Shown one piece after another: positions 37,570 to 52,259 of a stretch of DNA of 64,000 bases. Under the pieces are notes generated by a model, which saw only the letters and a program-made list of their open reading frames with translations, was not told where the DNA came from and made no database searches. The first letter of the stretch is position 1; the number at the start of each line of letters is the position of its first letter. The stretch is from assembly GCA_951406725.2 (NCBI GenBank), contig OX597817.1, forward strand, positions 62,992,001 through 63,056,000. The letters run 5' to 3'. The stretch comes from Octopus vulgaris (taxonomy: Eukaryota). A program made the position numbers and the translations under genes.

Positions 37570-37689
37570 TGTGTGTGAGTGTACAGGCATGTGTGTGCGT
37601 GTGTGCGTGTGCGTGTGTGTATTATAAAATACACACTACGCCTACATTCATTGTGTCCTATTTTGCATTATGATTCCTTTATGAATCTG

Positions 37690-37955
<266 letters not shown>

Positions 37956-38260
37956 GCATTATATTAAAAACCTTCCAGGGGGAAGCAAGCATTTCCTTCG
38001 GGATTAAATTTCGTTTCGTCTTAATGCAGTTTTATTTTTATAGATACACACGTTTATCAGTCAATTCTTTAGACTGTGCAATCGGAGCTTGAAAACTTGA
38101 TAACAATTAAGCATATCTCGTGGCTTGTATTATAGGAAGTATATTGTTATATATTGGGAAATGTTGTGATACATAACTATGCATATGTATAGTCTCTATT
38201 TATTCATACACACACAGATATATTCTTTGTCACATGTGTGTATATATATATATATATATA

Positions 38261-38622
38261 CTAGAGTATCGCCCGGCGTTGCTCGGGTTTGTAAGGGAAA
38301 TAACTATAAAGCATTTTTAGAGAGTTATAGCCAAAAAGTAGAAAAAAATGGAAAAAAATTATGGAAAATTTTTTTGAGAGTTAAAAAGGTGGAGTTGCGT
38401 CCCCTAGACAGTTTGTGGTTCGTGTTTCTGATTCTCGACTCCATGTCGAATTTATCGATTTTTTCAGAACTGGGAAACTTTTCAAAATTTTCGCTGCGTT
38501 AGTTTTGAATTATGACATTGGGCTATGTGTGTGTCAAGTTTCATCAGAATCGGTTGAAAGCCGTGGTCAGGGTGAGGGTACAAGCAAACAGACACACAGA
38601 AACACGCACAGACAAACTGCCG

Positions 38623-38630
<8 letters not shown>
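38261..38630 (-). mobile_element. Non-autonomous Helitron
   Basis: A|CTAG then CCCGGCGTTGCTCGGG hairpin (3' end on minus); AAGTTTCATCAGAATCGG and CAGACA-type repeats near the 5' end; embedded in TA tracts. Confidence 0.8.
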
Positions 38631-38688
<58 letters not shown>

Positions 38689-38879
38689 TACATACACAAA
38701 TGGATCTATATATTTTTGTTTTGCTGTGTTTCTGTTCTTATTTAATTCTCCGATTATTTTCTTTCTTTTATTTCTTTATTATTTTTGATATTTATTATTT
38801 GTATTAGCTTCGTATCTGTTCTATGTTTTACAGTTCGGAAACTATAATTATTGTTTACCATTTTCTTTCTTTCTCAAAT

Positions 38880-39002
<123 letters not shown>

Positions 39003-39141
39003 CATCCTCTTTCTTATTTTTTGTATCTGACTTTATACCTATTTATCTCTCCCGTACATACTCATTACTCTTCAATACGAACAAAAGGTTTGTATTGAAT
39101 AGAAAACACAAATGAAGTTCTACGCCTGGACAACAGCAATA

Positions 39142-39295
39142 ATATGGAAACCTATAAGTAAACAATAAATAGCCTTAGTGGATATATTGCATATGGAAAC
39201 CTATATACAAAAATAACCAGCCAATATAGCATTATTTTATATGGAAACCTGTATGCAACACTAACTAGCTTAAACAGCGATAGTTTATATGGAAA
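39142..39295. repeat. Degenerate 48-49-bp minisatellite
   Basis: ATATGGAAA(CCT) at 39142, 39191, 39239 and 39287. Confidence 0.8.
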
Positions 39296-39514
39296 TATGT
39301 ATTTTCACGTATCTTCGAATCCAATCTGTTTAGCTTGTTCATGTCTTCTATCATAAACTCGAGTTAGCCATTGCCTGAAGAGTGGAATATGGTAGAGTGA
39401 AACAGATACATGTCCTATACATCAATTTACACACCTGGTTCTTCCTTCCTTCTTAACTCACCTCAGAAGAACACAATCCCACCCGTTTATATATATATAT
39501 ATCACAATAGATAT

Positions 39515-39515
<1 letters not shown>

Positions 39516-39590
<75 letters not shown>
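39516..39590. repeat. (GATA)n microsatellite
   Basis: Direct inspection. Confidence 0.97.
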
Positions 39591-40113
39591 GAACACACAC
39601 ACACACACACGCAGAGGCAGATAGTTTGTGTTTTGCTTTCTGTGATCTTATCTTTTCTCTTGTAAGAGAAATGAAATTCAACAGAGCAAGTACATAATAT
39701 ATGCATAGTCACATCATATTTGATAGGATAAATGTAAATGAATCAATATTCTAAAGGCCACTCTGTCTTTATGAAAGGACTATATATTAAATTAAATCGT
39801 GCGCTCTATACAACGTTATGTCTCAAAACAAATATGAATGTTAATGCCACATATATATCTTGGAATACAACTTGTTGAATTATGTGTAGAGTTAAGCATT
39901 TAAATATTATTGAAACAATAAATATTGTACTCTTATATAATTTTAGACAATACATACTTTTGCGTTCTGTTTGGCTTACAACTGAGAACATATAATATCG
40001 TCCTAATGTGGATTAGTTATGTATAGCTATAAGATCTCACTTCATCCAATGATAGTTGTATATGTAACACATGAAAGTGTATTCATAAATGTATATTAAT
40101 GTTTGTACATGTA

Positions 40114-40290
40114 AAGGCAGCGACCTGGCAGAATCGATAGCACGCCGGACGAACTACTCCGTGGCATTTTGTCCATCGCTACATTCTGAGTTCAAATTCC
40201 GCTGCGGTTGACTTCACCTTTCATCCTTCCGGAGTCGATAAAATAAAAAGCAGTTGAATACTGGTATCGATATAATCCGGCCGACTTGTA
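40114..40290 (+). mobile_element. SINE family B, diverged
   Basis: Head and central domain match. Confidence 0.8.
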
Positions 40291-40309
40291 AAGGACGGTG
40301 CATAAACTA

Positions 40310-42200
40310 TTATCAGTCGATAATACTGCCATCGACAGCCAAGACGACCAGCCTACCCTACGGGTCTAGGAATAATGCACTTACTTTGAGGTCGAGACTC
40401 TTCCGAAGAAACACCGCAGTGCCACCTCCGCCCATTCTTGGCAGACACGGAGAAAAATAAATGTCGAATTATCCGCCGAACATGTGCTGGAGTATCCGCA
40501 GGTTGTGGAGTCTGGTCTCACTGATGGCTATGATATGCACATTATGTGACTTGATGACATTTAACAGATAGCCTTGTTTCCAAGGCGACCCGAAGCCACG
40601 CACATTTATACAACCTATTCTAAGCATGTTCCTATCGAAAGTCGTGCTTTACACACGAAAGAAATAGGAAAAGAATGAGAGAGAAAGAGTCACTTACTGT
40701 TCGAAAGTTGGTTGTTCTCCTCCTCAATACTTATTGCTGTCAACATTGTGGGGCCATTTGCTGTGTGTGTAATTGTAGTGTTGGTGTAATGTTTTTATTT
40801 TGCGCAGGAGTTGTGTTCTCGGGAGCAGTGAATTTCCTTGCTTTGTTTGATTGCGCGTCTCTTCTTTTCTTTACCCTTTTTCTTCTCCTCCCGTGACCAT
40901 TTGACATTCTTCTGTATCGTCTTCGTCCGACATGTCAGAGGAACCACACGAAGGAAGGAGAAGGTACTGGGATCAATTTGTGACTGTGTTGTTGTTGATG
41001 TTGCTGTTGTTGGTGTTGGTTGGGGGTTGTTGGGATGTGATGTATGGGTTGATGGGGATGAGGGATTAGTCTTTTCCTTTTTTACTTCTGGGTTGGATGT
41101 TTGTGTTGTTGTTGTCGGTGGTGATGGTGATGGCGTTGTCTCTGTACTTCGTGGTGCTGACGGTGGTGTTGTTTGGTTGGGCTGGCTTTTTGTTTGGTGG
41201 CACTCTTTCATGTGCTGGTGGCGGTGGGTAGCAGTGCTGGTTTGCCTTTCGGTTTTTGGTCTTGTTGTTGTTGTTGCTGCTGCTTTGCTAGATGGCAGTC
41301 ATTTTTGAGATGGTATCTGCTACCACAAAGGTAGCAACGCGTCCTTCTGCCTCCAAGGGCAACATGTAGGGTTGTGCCATCTGGAAGTTGAATCAAATCT
41401 GGGAGATTTTTTATTGACTCCTGGTTTGCTTGAATTAACAAATCCAACCCTTGTCCAATCCAATTTTACTGTTCTAGTACGGCAATTTCTAAGATGTTGA
41501 TTTCATCCACAAAATCATAACAGATGGCTGACACCAGCCATCTTATTTCTATTTCAGGGGTCAAGTCTTTAATGTTTACCTTTGTCACCAGACTACCGAG
41601 GTAAGTGGGAATCATTATAAATTCCCCGCATTCCAGGTTTTTGTCGAGTGTTCCTTTGCGCGTTCTTCCGTATTAAATTTTACCTCGATCATGGCAAATC
41701 TGTTGCCTCTTGCAATATATGTTTTAAAAGCCCATATGGACTGTAGACATTTCTCAACTGTTTCGTGAGTGGCCTATTCTAATCTTTTATTTTTTTGTGT
41801 TCAGGGTTTTGTAAATAATAATTCTTTTGGAAATGCCTTGCAAAATGCTTTGTGGGGTGTTCAGTTTAATGGTTCTGTCTTCTTTGTATAATAATTGTTT
41901 ACATTGTAGAAGTTCTTCCTTTGAGAAGGACATTAAATATTTCTTTTGCTTTAAAACAGAAGCAAAATTATTTAGTTTGACTGTGACATTGTTGTATTGC
42001 TGTTGGTGATAGTGGTGGTGACAGGAGCAGAGATAGTCATGGTTGCACTGCTCATTGTTTTTATGAGTGTTTTCATTGTTACTGCCTTCCCTTCCCACAT
42101 GTTCGGAAGGAAAGCTTGCGTCAGTATGCGTATTGTTGTTCAAGTGTGTGTGTGTATGTATGCGTGTGCATCAATGTTTTTTGTTCAACGTGTTCGGTGA
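40310..42200 (-). mobile_element. Tx1/L1-type LINE 5' half: ORF1 with zinc knuckle and start of ORF2 APE endonuclease
   Basis: RCYLCGSRYHLKNDC CCHC knuckle followed by a P/T/Q-rich tail; ORF2 ATG at 40627 MLRIGCINVRGFGSPWKQ..IIAISETRL..GGTAVF..GRLVVL; stops and frameshifts. Confidence 0.88.
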
Positions 42201-42410
42201 CGGTAATGGAAGGAATTCCATTTCTAACTGGAACACAGAGACGCTGTCACTGTTAGCTGAACTGCCCATGTCTGTTTTCCAGACAGATGAAAATATTTAT
42301 GAGATAAGATTTTGCAATATGAAAATTGACTCTTAAAGGGAAAATTTTCGGGTGAGCCTCGCTCAAGGCCAAGAGAGATGTTATTAAAAACTTTTTTGAC
42401 AAAAATATAT

Positions 42411-42780
42411 AGGTGTAGGAGTAACTGTGGGTTAAGTAGCTTGCTTACCAACCACATGGTTCCGGGTTCAGCCCCAATGCGTGACACCTTGGGCAAGTGT
42501 CTTCTACTGTAGCCTCAGGCCGACCAAAGTCTTGTGAGTGGATTTAGTAGATGGAAACTGAAAGAAGCCCGCCGTATATATGTATGTATATATATATATA
42601 TATATATATATAATGTGTGTGTGTGTGTGTGTGTATACGTTTGTGTGTCTGTGTTTGTCCCCCAAACATCACTTGACAACCGATGCTGGTGTGTTTACGT
42701 CCCCGTAATTTAGGCGGTGCTCTAGCATGGCCGCAGTCAAATGACTGAAACAAGTAAAGTAGTAAAAGACTAAAAGAGTA
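42411..42780 (+). mobile_element. SINE family A with internal deletion
   Basis: Jumps from CCCCGTAATTTAG to GCGGTGCTCTAGC. Confidence 0.9.
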
Positions 42781-42938
42781 GGTATACATGAGCAAACACG
42801 ACAAAATATATGAACTTACGCGAGACGACGCGAACGACAGCCAGTCAGATAGAAAGTTCGATAGATAGATGAATAGATAGAGAGAGAGAGACATAGACAT
42901 AGATAGACAGACAGACAGACAAACAGAAAGGCAGACAC

Positions 42939-43039
<101 letters not shown>

Positions 43040-43511
43040 CTGTTCATACACATAGCAGAATTTGCCTGAATGCACAATATTCCACATTAACACACAAGAT
43101 CTGGGAAAGTAATTAAGATGTCACGTGCTTTGTTCGATCTGACTCCTAAAAAGGAGAAAGGCTACATTTTCATCAAAACTTATGCATAAAATAACTAGAA
43201 TTTAATTTCGAAAAATCAGGATATGATAAAACAAGAAAGAAAATTTAAGCATAAATTGAAATCAGTATAACAAAATTACTTTAAACCTCTAATTTGTTTT
43301 CTTTAGCAAAATATTAATTGCTTTGGGTTATTAATGCTTTGACCCACATATTATAGCTATGACGTATGTATCTATATGCTATTGATTCACTGGCATATTT
43401 ATTATTCGATGTTATTAATTCGTTGACCTATATATTATATCTAATATAAAACCTGGAGTTGTTCCTGATCTGGTTGACCAATAATCTTCCCAATTTAGCG
43501 ACAATGATGCG

Positions 43512-43587
<76 letters not shown>

Positions 43588-43800
43588 GATGGGCTACTCA
43601 ACCTGAAAAAAATTCTAACTGGGCCCCACCTGCAAGGTCATGTGCTGTTTATCTTGATATGAGATCACCATGTCGCGCACATATGGTTGTGATGCATGTG
43701 CCTGGTGTACCTTTATCAGACGGGTAGTCATGATGGGTATATTGGGCTTCGTATATTTTACCCCAGTGTCACTTTGATGGCATGAACTGCTCTCTCACTC
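43588..43800 (+). mobile_element. Family E element, 5' truncated, inside (AAT)n
   Basis: Aligns to ~10464-10669; AAT tracts at 43511-43587 and 43801-44103. Confidence 0.88.
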
Positions 43801-43879
43801 AATAATAATAATAATAATAATAATAGTAATAGTAATAGTAATAGTAATAATAATAATAATAATAATAAAAATGATAATG

Positions 43880-43910
<31 letters not shown>

Positions 43911-43932
43911 CAACAACAACAACAACAACAAC

Positions 43933-43979
<47 letters not shown>

Positions 43980-43990
43980 TGATGATGATG

Positions 43991-44077
<87 letters not shown>

Positions 44078-44103
44078 GTAATAGTAATAATAATAATGAT
44101 GAT
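43801..44103. repeat. (AAT)n compound microsatellite
   Basis: Direct inspection. Confidence 0.97.
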
Positions 44104-47100
44104 TTAACTTTACTTAAAAAGAAAAGAAAATTTTAAACAGTACACCGAATCACTCGTCCAATGGTTATAAAGGAAGCGCGCCCGTCAGGAGGCTGTCAGC
44201 CTGACGGCGAAAAATTTTCAAATGGCAGAATATCTTCCCCGAATACGAACCTGGAAGGTCACTTAAACGGGATTTGTACCAAATTAAGCCCCCAAAGTTC
44301 ACCACCACAACGCCCACAAAATCAAAAATGTAAAAGAACTAAATGGAACCGGGAAGAATATAAAGAAGTAATATACGCTTATTACTTTGCATTAAGTAGG
44401 CCAACCCAAGAGAAATACACCGAAAACTCCTACAGAATTTGAAGGAGCCGGAATCCAGCTAGCAGACCAAACCTGGATGAAAACAGATTAGCAAATGTTA
44501 GAAGAGATATCTTCAGAAATACCAGACTCACAGATGCAGAATTAACCTCTATTTAAAAAAGGAGTAGAGAATGACCTAAATATAAGTCAGGAAAAAATAA
44601 CGAAGAAGAGGAGAAGAGTATTGGACCACAAGCATTGACTGAAAGCCGACCATCTGCCGAAACTACTCAAGAGCCTGAAGAAAAAGGAAAATATAATGAC
44701 CCTAGAAAGAACAGCCTGGAAAATGATGTTGAAACAAAATTTGAAGTCTACATATTTGCTGAACAACGCAGAAAATCTATCATTGAAATGAAGCAGGAAG
44801 TTGTGAATGAGCTTGCAGTTGTAGGGCATACAAATATGAATGATAGGGAACCACTCCATAAATTCTCAAATGCACACCAACATAAAACACAAATAAAAAT
44901 TGGTAACTGCGTTACACAAGAAATCATACAACTAAAGCCCGAACTTAATAAGTTAAATTAAATTTATTTACTCTGTTGCTAAGGTAATCGAAAGACGTTG
45001 TTTAACACCCAAAAAGCCGGCAATACCAAATTCGAAAAGAAAATCAAACTGGAGGAGTAGAGTTGAAACTGAGATTGAATCATTGCAAAAGGAGATATCA
45101 ATATTAACTGAGCTAATCTCTGGAAATGGTGTAAGATCAAGAAAAGGCAGGAAGATTGTGAGAAAATATGGACTCTCAACAAGAGAGGAACGAATGTCAG
45201 CGAAAGAAACACTTAAAAAGTTCAAGCAAAAGCTCAGAGAATACGCAGATTTGAGAAAAGAATCAAATACTACAAGCAAAATAAGATGTTCAAATCCAAT
45301 GCCAAATCATTTTACAGGGAAGTCGGGAAAGAAGAAATAACCATTGAAAATCCATCCCTAATGGAAGAGGTTGAAAACTTTTGGAAAGGGATCTGGAGTG
45401 ATGAGAAACCATACAATGAAAATGCAGACTGGATCAAATGCACCCAAGATGGCTACACAAATTTACAAGAACCGGTATGGGAAGACATCTCAATCGCCGA
45501 TCTAAGGAAAGCACTAACGAAGGCTCATAAGTTGAAATACCCTGGTATTGATAGAGTACTAATTTTCTGGCTCTCATCACTCTCGTCCGCACACAAAATA
45601 TTAGTAATACTATTTAATAGTATTGTGAAAGACCCGGAAAAAACTCTCCATTGGATGGCAAATTGCATTACTTACCTTCTCCCCAAAAATAACGATACCA
45701 AAGGCCAAAAAAAACTACCGGTCTATAACATGTTTGTCTACTACCTATAAGATTTTGACATTTATTCTAGTGGAGAAAACATATACGTTTATGGAAGAGA
45801 ATAGCCTCTTTCCCATTAAACAAAAAGGATGCAGACGAGGCTCATACGGATGCAAAGATCAGCTCCTAATTAATCGCATGATCCTTGAGAACTGCCATAA
45901 CAAGCGCAGAAATCTCAGCTCTTCATAGATTGATTATAAAAATGCCTTTCACAGCATACAACATTCGTGGATTCTGAAATCGCTGGACATTTTCAAAATT
46001 TCTCCTGTGATTTCAGATTTTTTAAAGTATAATATGTCACTATGGAACACGAAGCTCCAATTATATCATTCTAATGGAGTATTGCGCTCAAACAATATTA
46101 GCATAAACTGTGGCATTTTCCAAGGTAACTCACTTTCACCACTAATTTTCTGCATAGCACTAATACCACTCTCAAGTGAACTAAATAGAATAGGGTATGG
46201 CTACAAAATTGACAACAGGAAAATAAGCCATCTATTTTATATGGATGATTTAAAACTATATGACAAAGATGATGAAGAGCTTGAAGGACTACTACATACT
46301 GTGGAAGGATTCAGTGATGATACCGGGATGGAGTTTGGCCTTGAAAAGTGTACCAAAGCCACTTTTAAGAAGGGGAAATTGGTAAAGTCAAGTTCAATCG
46401 AATTAGATGTCGAAGCAGTAATAAAGGAACTTGAGCAGGAACAAACATATAAATACCTAGGAATAAATGAAGGCTCTGGTATCCAGCATGCAAGCATGAA
46501 AGAGAAAGTTAGGAATGAATGTTATAGAAGAGTTCGAGCAGTCCTGAAGTCTGAGCTGAATGCATATAATAAGGTGTTAGGCATAAATTCCTTAGCAGTC
46601 CCAGTTGTTCTTTGTAGCTTCAACGTGCTTAACTGGAATACCAGTGAAATAATGAAAATTGATAGAAAAATCCGCAAGCTACTGACTTGTAATAAGATGC
46701 ACCATCCAAAGGCAAAAGCGCATGAAAAATTAGCTAGCAGATGGGAACAGAAACCTCTGCATGGCAAGTATGTGACCCTAGCAAACAAGCTGATGTCGAC
46801 CAGAAACACATACCAATGGTTACGAAGCTCAGAGCTAAAAGCAGAGATTGAATGTTTCATATTAGCTGCTCAAGACCAAAGCTTATTAACCCGGAGCTAC
46901 CAAGCCATTGTGATGAAAAATGGAGCTGACCCAAAATGCCGATTCTGTAACAATGAGATTTAAACTATAGACAACCTAATCTCAGAATATAAATCAAGAC
47001 ATGACAGAGTCGGCCAGTATTTACACTGGACAATATGTCGGCATTATAAAATCAAATCCGCTGACAAATGGTATAAACACCATCCTGAAGATGTGACTGA

Positions 47101-47673
47101 GGGATAAAATGTGTCGATTCTCTGGGACTTCCCCGTGCAGACCGACAAAACTATAAAAGCTAATAAACCAGATATTATTATAAAAGGACAGACAAAAAAG
47201 GTGTGTTTATTAATTGACATGAGTATTCCTTGCGATCACAATATAACAGCGAAAGAATTTAACAAGATCAGTAAATATAAAGACTTGCTAATAGAAATTG
47301 AAAAAATGTGGCATCCCAAGGCGACTACAGTGCCAGTGATTGTAGGATCTCTAGGAATGATTTTAAAAAAGGTACTGAAACCTATTTGAAAATGATACCA
47401 GGCTTACCATCCCTACAGGAAGTGCAGAAAATAGTATTAATTGGAATGGCTCATGTACTGAGAAGAGCATTATCGCTGTGAAAACAACATTCATTCATGA
47501 ATTTATTTATTTATTAATTAATTAAATATAAAGACTTGCTAATAGAAATTGAAACAATGTGGCACCTCAAGGCGACTACAGTACCAGTGATTGTAGGATC
47601 TCTAGGAGTGATAAGAAAAAAAGGTACTGAAACCTATTTGAAAATGATACCAGGCTTACCATCCCTATAGGAA
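44104..47673 (+). mobile_element. Near full-length R4/Dong-clade non-LTR retrotransposon (RT plus restriction-like endonuclease), inactive
   Basis: N-terminal RTKWNREEYKEV; RT motifs QKGCRRGSYGCKDQLLI, GIFQGNSLSP, HLFYMDDLKLY, YKYLG; CRFC..RHD; ILWDF..NKPDIII..LIDMSIP..KISKYKDL..VPVIVGSLG; many stops and frameshifts; internal deletion after HHPKA; ORF ends at 47481. Confidence 0.93.
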
Positions 47674-47735
47674 TTTCAATAAAGAAATAAGAAATACTTA
47701 ATATATGTATGTGGGTGCGTCCATGTATGCATACG

Positions 47736-47773
<38 letters not shown>

Positions 47774-48079
47774 TGTGTGTGTGCATGTGCTTTCATGTAT
47801 GTATGTTTGCTGTGTCTGTGATTCTGTGCCTATGTACTTGTGTCGGTCTGCATATGTGTGCTTGTTTTAAAATGTATACGTGCCACTGAAAATAGAAGAT
47901 ATGAATATTTCTAAGGACATTGTTAAGAACATTGATGGAGTTTGTCCTGACTATTGCTGATGTTGAATACGAAATGAAGAATATATCCATGATATTCTAA
48001 GGATGTATGCACTGGAACTGATTTACCATTGCTTCTCCAGCAAAGCATAAAGTCTAAGAATGACGATGTCTGAAAACTT

Positions 48080-48542
48080 TTGTTACATGGAATCCAATCG
48101 AACAGCGTTGCTGAGGATAGAATTGGAAATGAAACTGCTGCTTCTGCTACTGTAGATGATAATGATGGTAGTGATGGTGGTCGTCGTGGTCGTCGTGGTC
48201 GTGGTGATGATGGTGGTGAGCGCTTCGACGACTACAGTGACGATGATAATGAAGATGGTGGTGGTGGTGGTGGTGGTGGTGGTGGTGGAGCTGCTGCTGT
48301 TGCTGCTGCTGCCGTCACCGCCACCGCTGCTGCTGCTGTTGTTGTTGTTAAGCAACAAGACGGGTAAGGGTGATTAGGTGATGGTCTAGGGCTTAGGAGC
48401 GGGAGACCCCAGAACTTGGAAAGAAAAGAAACTTTGGTCGTCTTGTTGTAGTCGAGGGCTCTTTGTTGACACCCGACACCTCTGGGAGGTGATCCTCGAA
48501 GTCACTGGAAATGAAGATCTCCAGGTCCAAATTCTTGAACGG

Positions 48543-48573
<31 letters not shown>

Positions 48574-48620
48574 TTCTTTGTTCCCATGTCAACCGTCATC
48601 GCACAGACCTAGGAACTAGG
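48080..48620. other. GC-rich island of mixed trinucleotide repeats (GGT, GCT, GAT, CGT) interleaved with unique sequence; possible UTR or exon
   Basis: Composition differs sharply from the flanks; plus-strand CGG|GTAAGG donor at 48363; no recognisable domain. Confidence 0.35.
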
Positions 48621-50573
48621 AGCAAAGTTGTTCCGACTGAGACCACACCATTTTTTTCTGTTTGTTTTGCGTATCAAGGACTACATTGCCCAGATTCCGT
48701 CTCGACTTTTAAAGACAGTAGAGTGTGATCCGAGCGATAATTTTGTTGCTATTTCTAGGAAGTCAAACAGGTATTTAGAACTCCAATCGTCTAATCATGA
48801 GATAGCAAGCTACGTCAACTGGGGATTCCGTCTCCACATAATCTATCACATTCACCAAAATCTTTCTTGAAGTATTTCATGTGTCAATTTAACATTTAAA
48901 TTTAGATTGTCAGATATTTTTTTATCAAAGACTAACAAGCTAATTAACAGTGTACTTCTAAATATAAATTGATGTTATCTTAGACTGATCGACTCCTTAC
49001 AAGAAACATCACTTTATTCATTAGTGATTAAATAAGAAATGTTGTTAGATATTTTAAATTGCTGATTTCTAAGAAACGTGTAGGAGAAATTATTATTTCA
49101 GTGATAAGGAATTCGTGTCTTTTGGGGCTTTTAATTTTGTCCTTCATTAAGAAGTTTGGCACTTATATATATGTGTATATATATATATAATGTTGATTAA
49201 TTATATTGCCATGTTCTTAGATTTCTAAAGTAATTATAGTAAAAATCCATTTGCATCTTTCTGACTTTTTCTTTCTTTTTTCTGCCTTCCTTTATACTTG
49301 CTGGGTCTGAATGAAAAGGTAATGCTCCGGCCTTTGCAAGCCCTCCGAGTTCGATGTCGTTGATGCAGTAATGTTCCGTTTAATTTACTATAAGACGGAA
49401 GCTCTGGGATAGTCATGAGTACCGAAAAAGTTCCAGCAAGATGTGGGGCAATGTACGGGAGAAGAAAACACGGTGTTTTGTGCGTAGCCAGCAAGTTTTG
49501 ATACAACAAAGATGATGAGTGGAAGAAGCTCGAATAAATTAGGAATGCACGAGTGGAGAAGGTGCATGACCAGCTAGCTGGTAAAAAAAAATAGGAAGAA
49601 AGCGAAGACAGTTCGTTGTAGATCAGAGTTGGAGTGTATCTATGAGTAAGAGTAAGAGTAAATTTATGCCAATTAATCGTGTTGTCTTTCTTTGGATGCG
49701 CTCCAGAATATTTTGCGTGTTTAGCAGCATACCAGCTCAGACGTGGATGCAATATTCCACTGGGTCTCACTAAGGATCTCAGTAAATATTAGTGGTTGAA
49801 ATCTTCAAACGGAGAACCTTGCGCCGAATGCAACTGAATGGACTTCTCTAAAGGCACCGAAGGACCAGGCCAGCTTATTAAACCTGACCACGAATAAAAT
49901 CTACCGCTTATCTAAAGCAGTTCGAGATTGAATATTTTCCCTGACATTGACGTACAAACCCACTATTTTTAAGGGTATCGTCCCATATTTGATAAGTTAT
50001 TGTGAAAATTAAAATTGACTGCAGTGATATATAAACTCTAACTTCACAGAGACGCAACTGACTGAATACTGTGAAGCAATTGATAAGTTGTTCTATTACT
50101 CACTACCAATCCACAAAATATCGAAATGAAGTGTAATGAGTTCATCATTATTAATTTAGTTCTCCGTGGTATTTCTCTACAGAAAGATACATAAAATCAG
50201 TAATAGCAGCCATAGAAGAAATAGCTAAAATTCAGTTCAAATTTATTTCAGGTATAAATTTGCGCCGAAAGATGAACTAGTATATCAAATTCAACTTGAT
50301 TAATTTTATTGCCTGTAACTGGCCAATAAGCACGGCTCAGTAAATTCTTTGCGATCCGTTCGCTGACGCGTATAGTTTGGAAAGTTCTAAACAGAGAACA
50401 ATTAAAAGGGAACTTACTGTCTCAGCAAGGCGTTGGTTTACCAACCAGTGTTAGTTTAGCATGCATACACATTTTCTCATCCTCCCTTTCACCCTCTGTC
50501 ACTGCCTCATCAACCAGCTTACATGCCATTAGTACTCTCTTACTTTCCTCTCTCTCTCTCGCTCTCTCTCTCG

Positions 50574-50611
<38 letters not shown>

Positions 50612-51833
50612 TACATACACACACATACACACACAAACACATTATGATACGTCTTAGAGAATTTATTTTCCTACTTTTTTTTTTTACTACACTCTTTTTA
50701 CCTTGATAAACTTCTCACGGTTTGAAAATTACAACTAATTCCTTTCCAATACAAAAAATAGCACATTTGACCATACTCAGAAACAACTATCTTGCTATCT
50801 TACAACTGATTGAAAGTAAATAGATATATTTCTCGCTTTCGTCGGAACTGAACTGTAGTACTCTACGAATTTATGAAAAGAATATACCTCCTTTCGCACA
50901 TTGTAATCTGTCGAACCGTCGTGTCCAATATAATCTCCTTTTAACAAACAATGAACACAAATTTTTGATTTACTATCTTGACATCTTCTGTCTCCACAGC
51001 TTTTGATCATATATCAATATTTTTGTTAAAATGTATTAGACGTGTAGATCAGTTACCGAACTGCTGGCTTATATATCCTGAATTGGTATACAGCAGCTAT
51101 TACTCACTTATATGCTAGAGTGCACAGTTCAATTGATTCCAAAAGTTCCTGATTGTTTAATGCAATTATATATTCTTTATTAGTTCTTGCATATATAGCG
51201 GTGGAAGCTGATCAAAACATAAGCAATCGGCGAAACGACTCCCAAATGATTTTCCCGACTGAAACTAAGTTTATTTCAGTTACATGGCCAATCAATCTTA
51301 ACAAAATTACCCAACACATTATAAGATATATGCATTAATCATAATTAAAATTGTGAAAAGTATCTCAGGAGCTATTCTGAGACAATCTTTTAGTTACAGA
51401 TCCTTGAAAGAAAACACGGGTTTATCAACTGATGAATCGATATTTTTCAGCCTATTTAGATGTCATCAGTTTTTCAGCGATTAGGACCACTTTTTTAGCG
51501 ATACACTTATAACCCTTAACTATAATCTTTCCTCTGATTAGCCATCAGCGATTAGCGATCGAGGAAAATGAAGTCTAAAAACAATATAAATCAATTAACT
51601 ATGAGTAAGATATAATTGTAGAGTTATTCTAAAACAATTGTAGTGTGGCTACTCGTAACTAGAACACTCTATTACTCCTAACCAGAACATGCAGTTACTC
51701 TGAGACAGAACATAATATTATTTCTACACTATCAGTGTAGAAATAATATCTTTAGCACGCCGAACTAAATGTTTAACAGCATTTTGTCTTTCTGATATTT
51801 TTTTAATTGCCTCCGCTTTTCCTTGCAAGAAAA

Positions 51834-52030
51834 AAGGCGGCGAGCTGGCAGAAACGTTAGCACGCCGGGCGAAATGCGTAGCTGTATTTCGTCTGCCGTT
51901 ACGTTCTGAGTTCAAATTCCGCCGAAGTCGACTTTGCCTTTCATTCTTTCAACGTCGATAAAATAAGTACCAGTTAATCATTGGGGTCGATGTAATCGAC
52001 TTACATGCTCTAAAATTTCAAACCATTCTT
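51834..52030 (+). mobile_element. SINE family B within a degenerate ~25-bp minisatellite
   Basis: Consensus head; TACTC..A.CAGAA(C/T)AT units at 51650-51720 and 52045-52180. Confidence 0.85.
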
Positions 52031-52259
52031 TCTATGCAGAAGATGCTAGTATCTTTAGTCAGAATATTTCATTATTCCTTACCAGAATATGTTGTACTCG
52101 TAGACAGAACATCCTGTTAATCTTAGGATAATACGTTACTTCTAGACATGATATTCTAGTCATCCTAGAAAGAGCATGTAAGACAAAGGAAATGTTGCGA
52201 TTTCGTCCAAACCGGGCGTCACCGGCCTCTTTACAGTTATTCCTGTATGTTCATTTCAG

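Noticed and set aside
39142-39295. CRISPR-like repeat-spacer appearance
   Set aside because: Spacers are alignable to each other, the core is only ~12 bp, there are no cas genes, and the context is eukaryotic
39372-39415. CTGAAGA...GAAAC motif
   Set aside because: No stem II or stem I complementarity
50795-51010. Cys-rich ORF with CGDRRC resembling a Neptune-type PLE zinc linker
   Set aside because: No downstream GIY-YIG motifs; too short to assign
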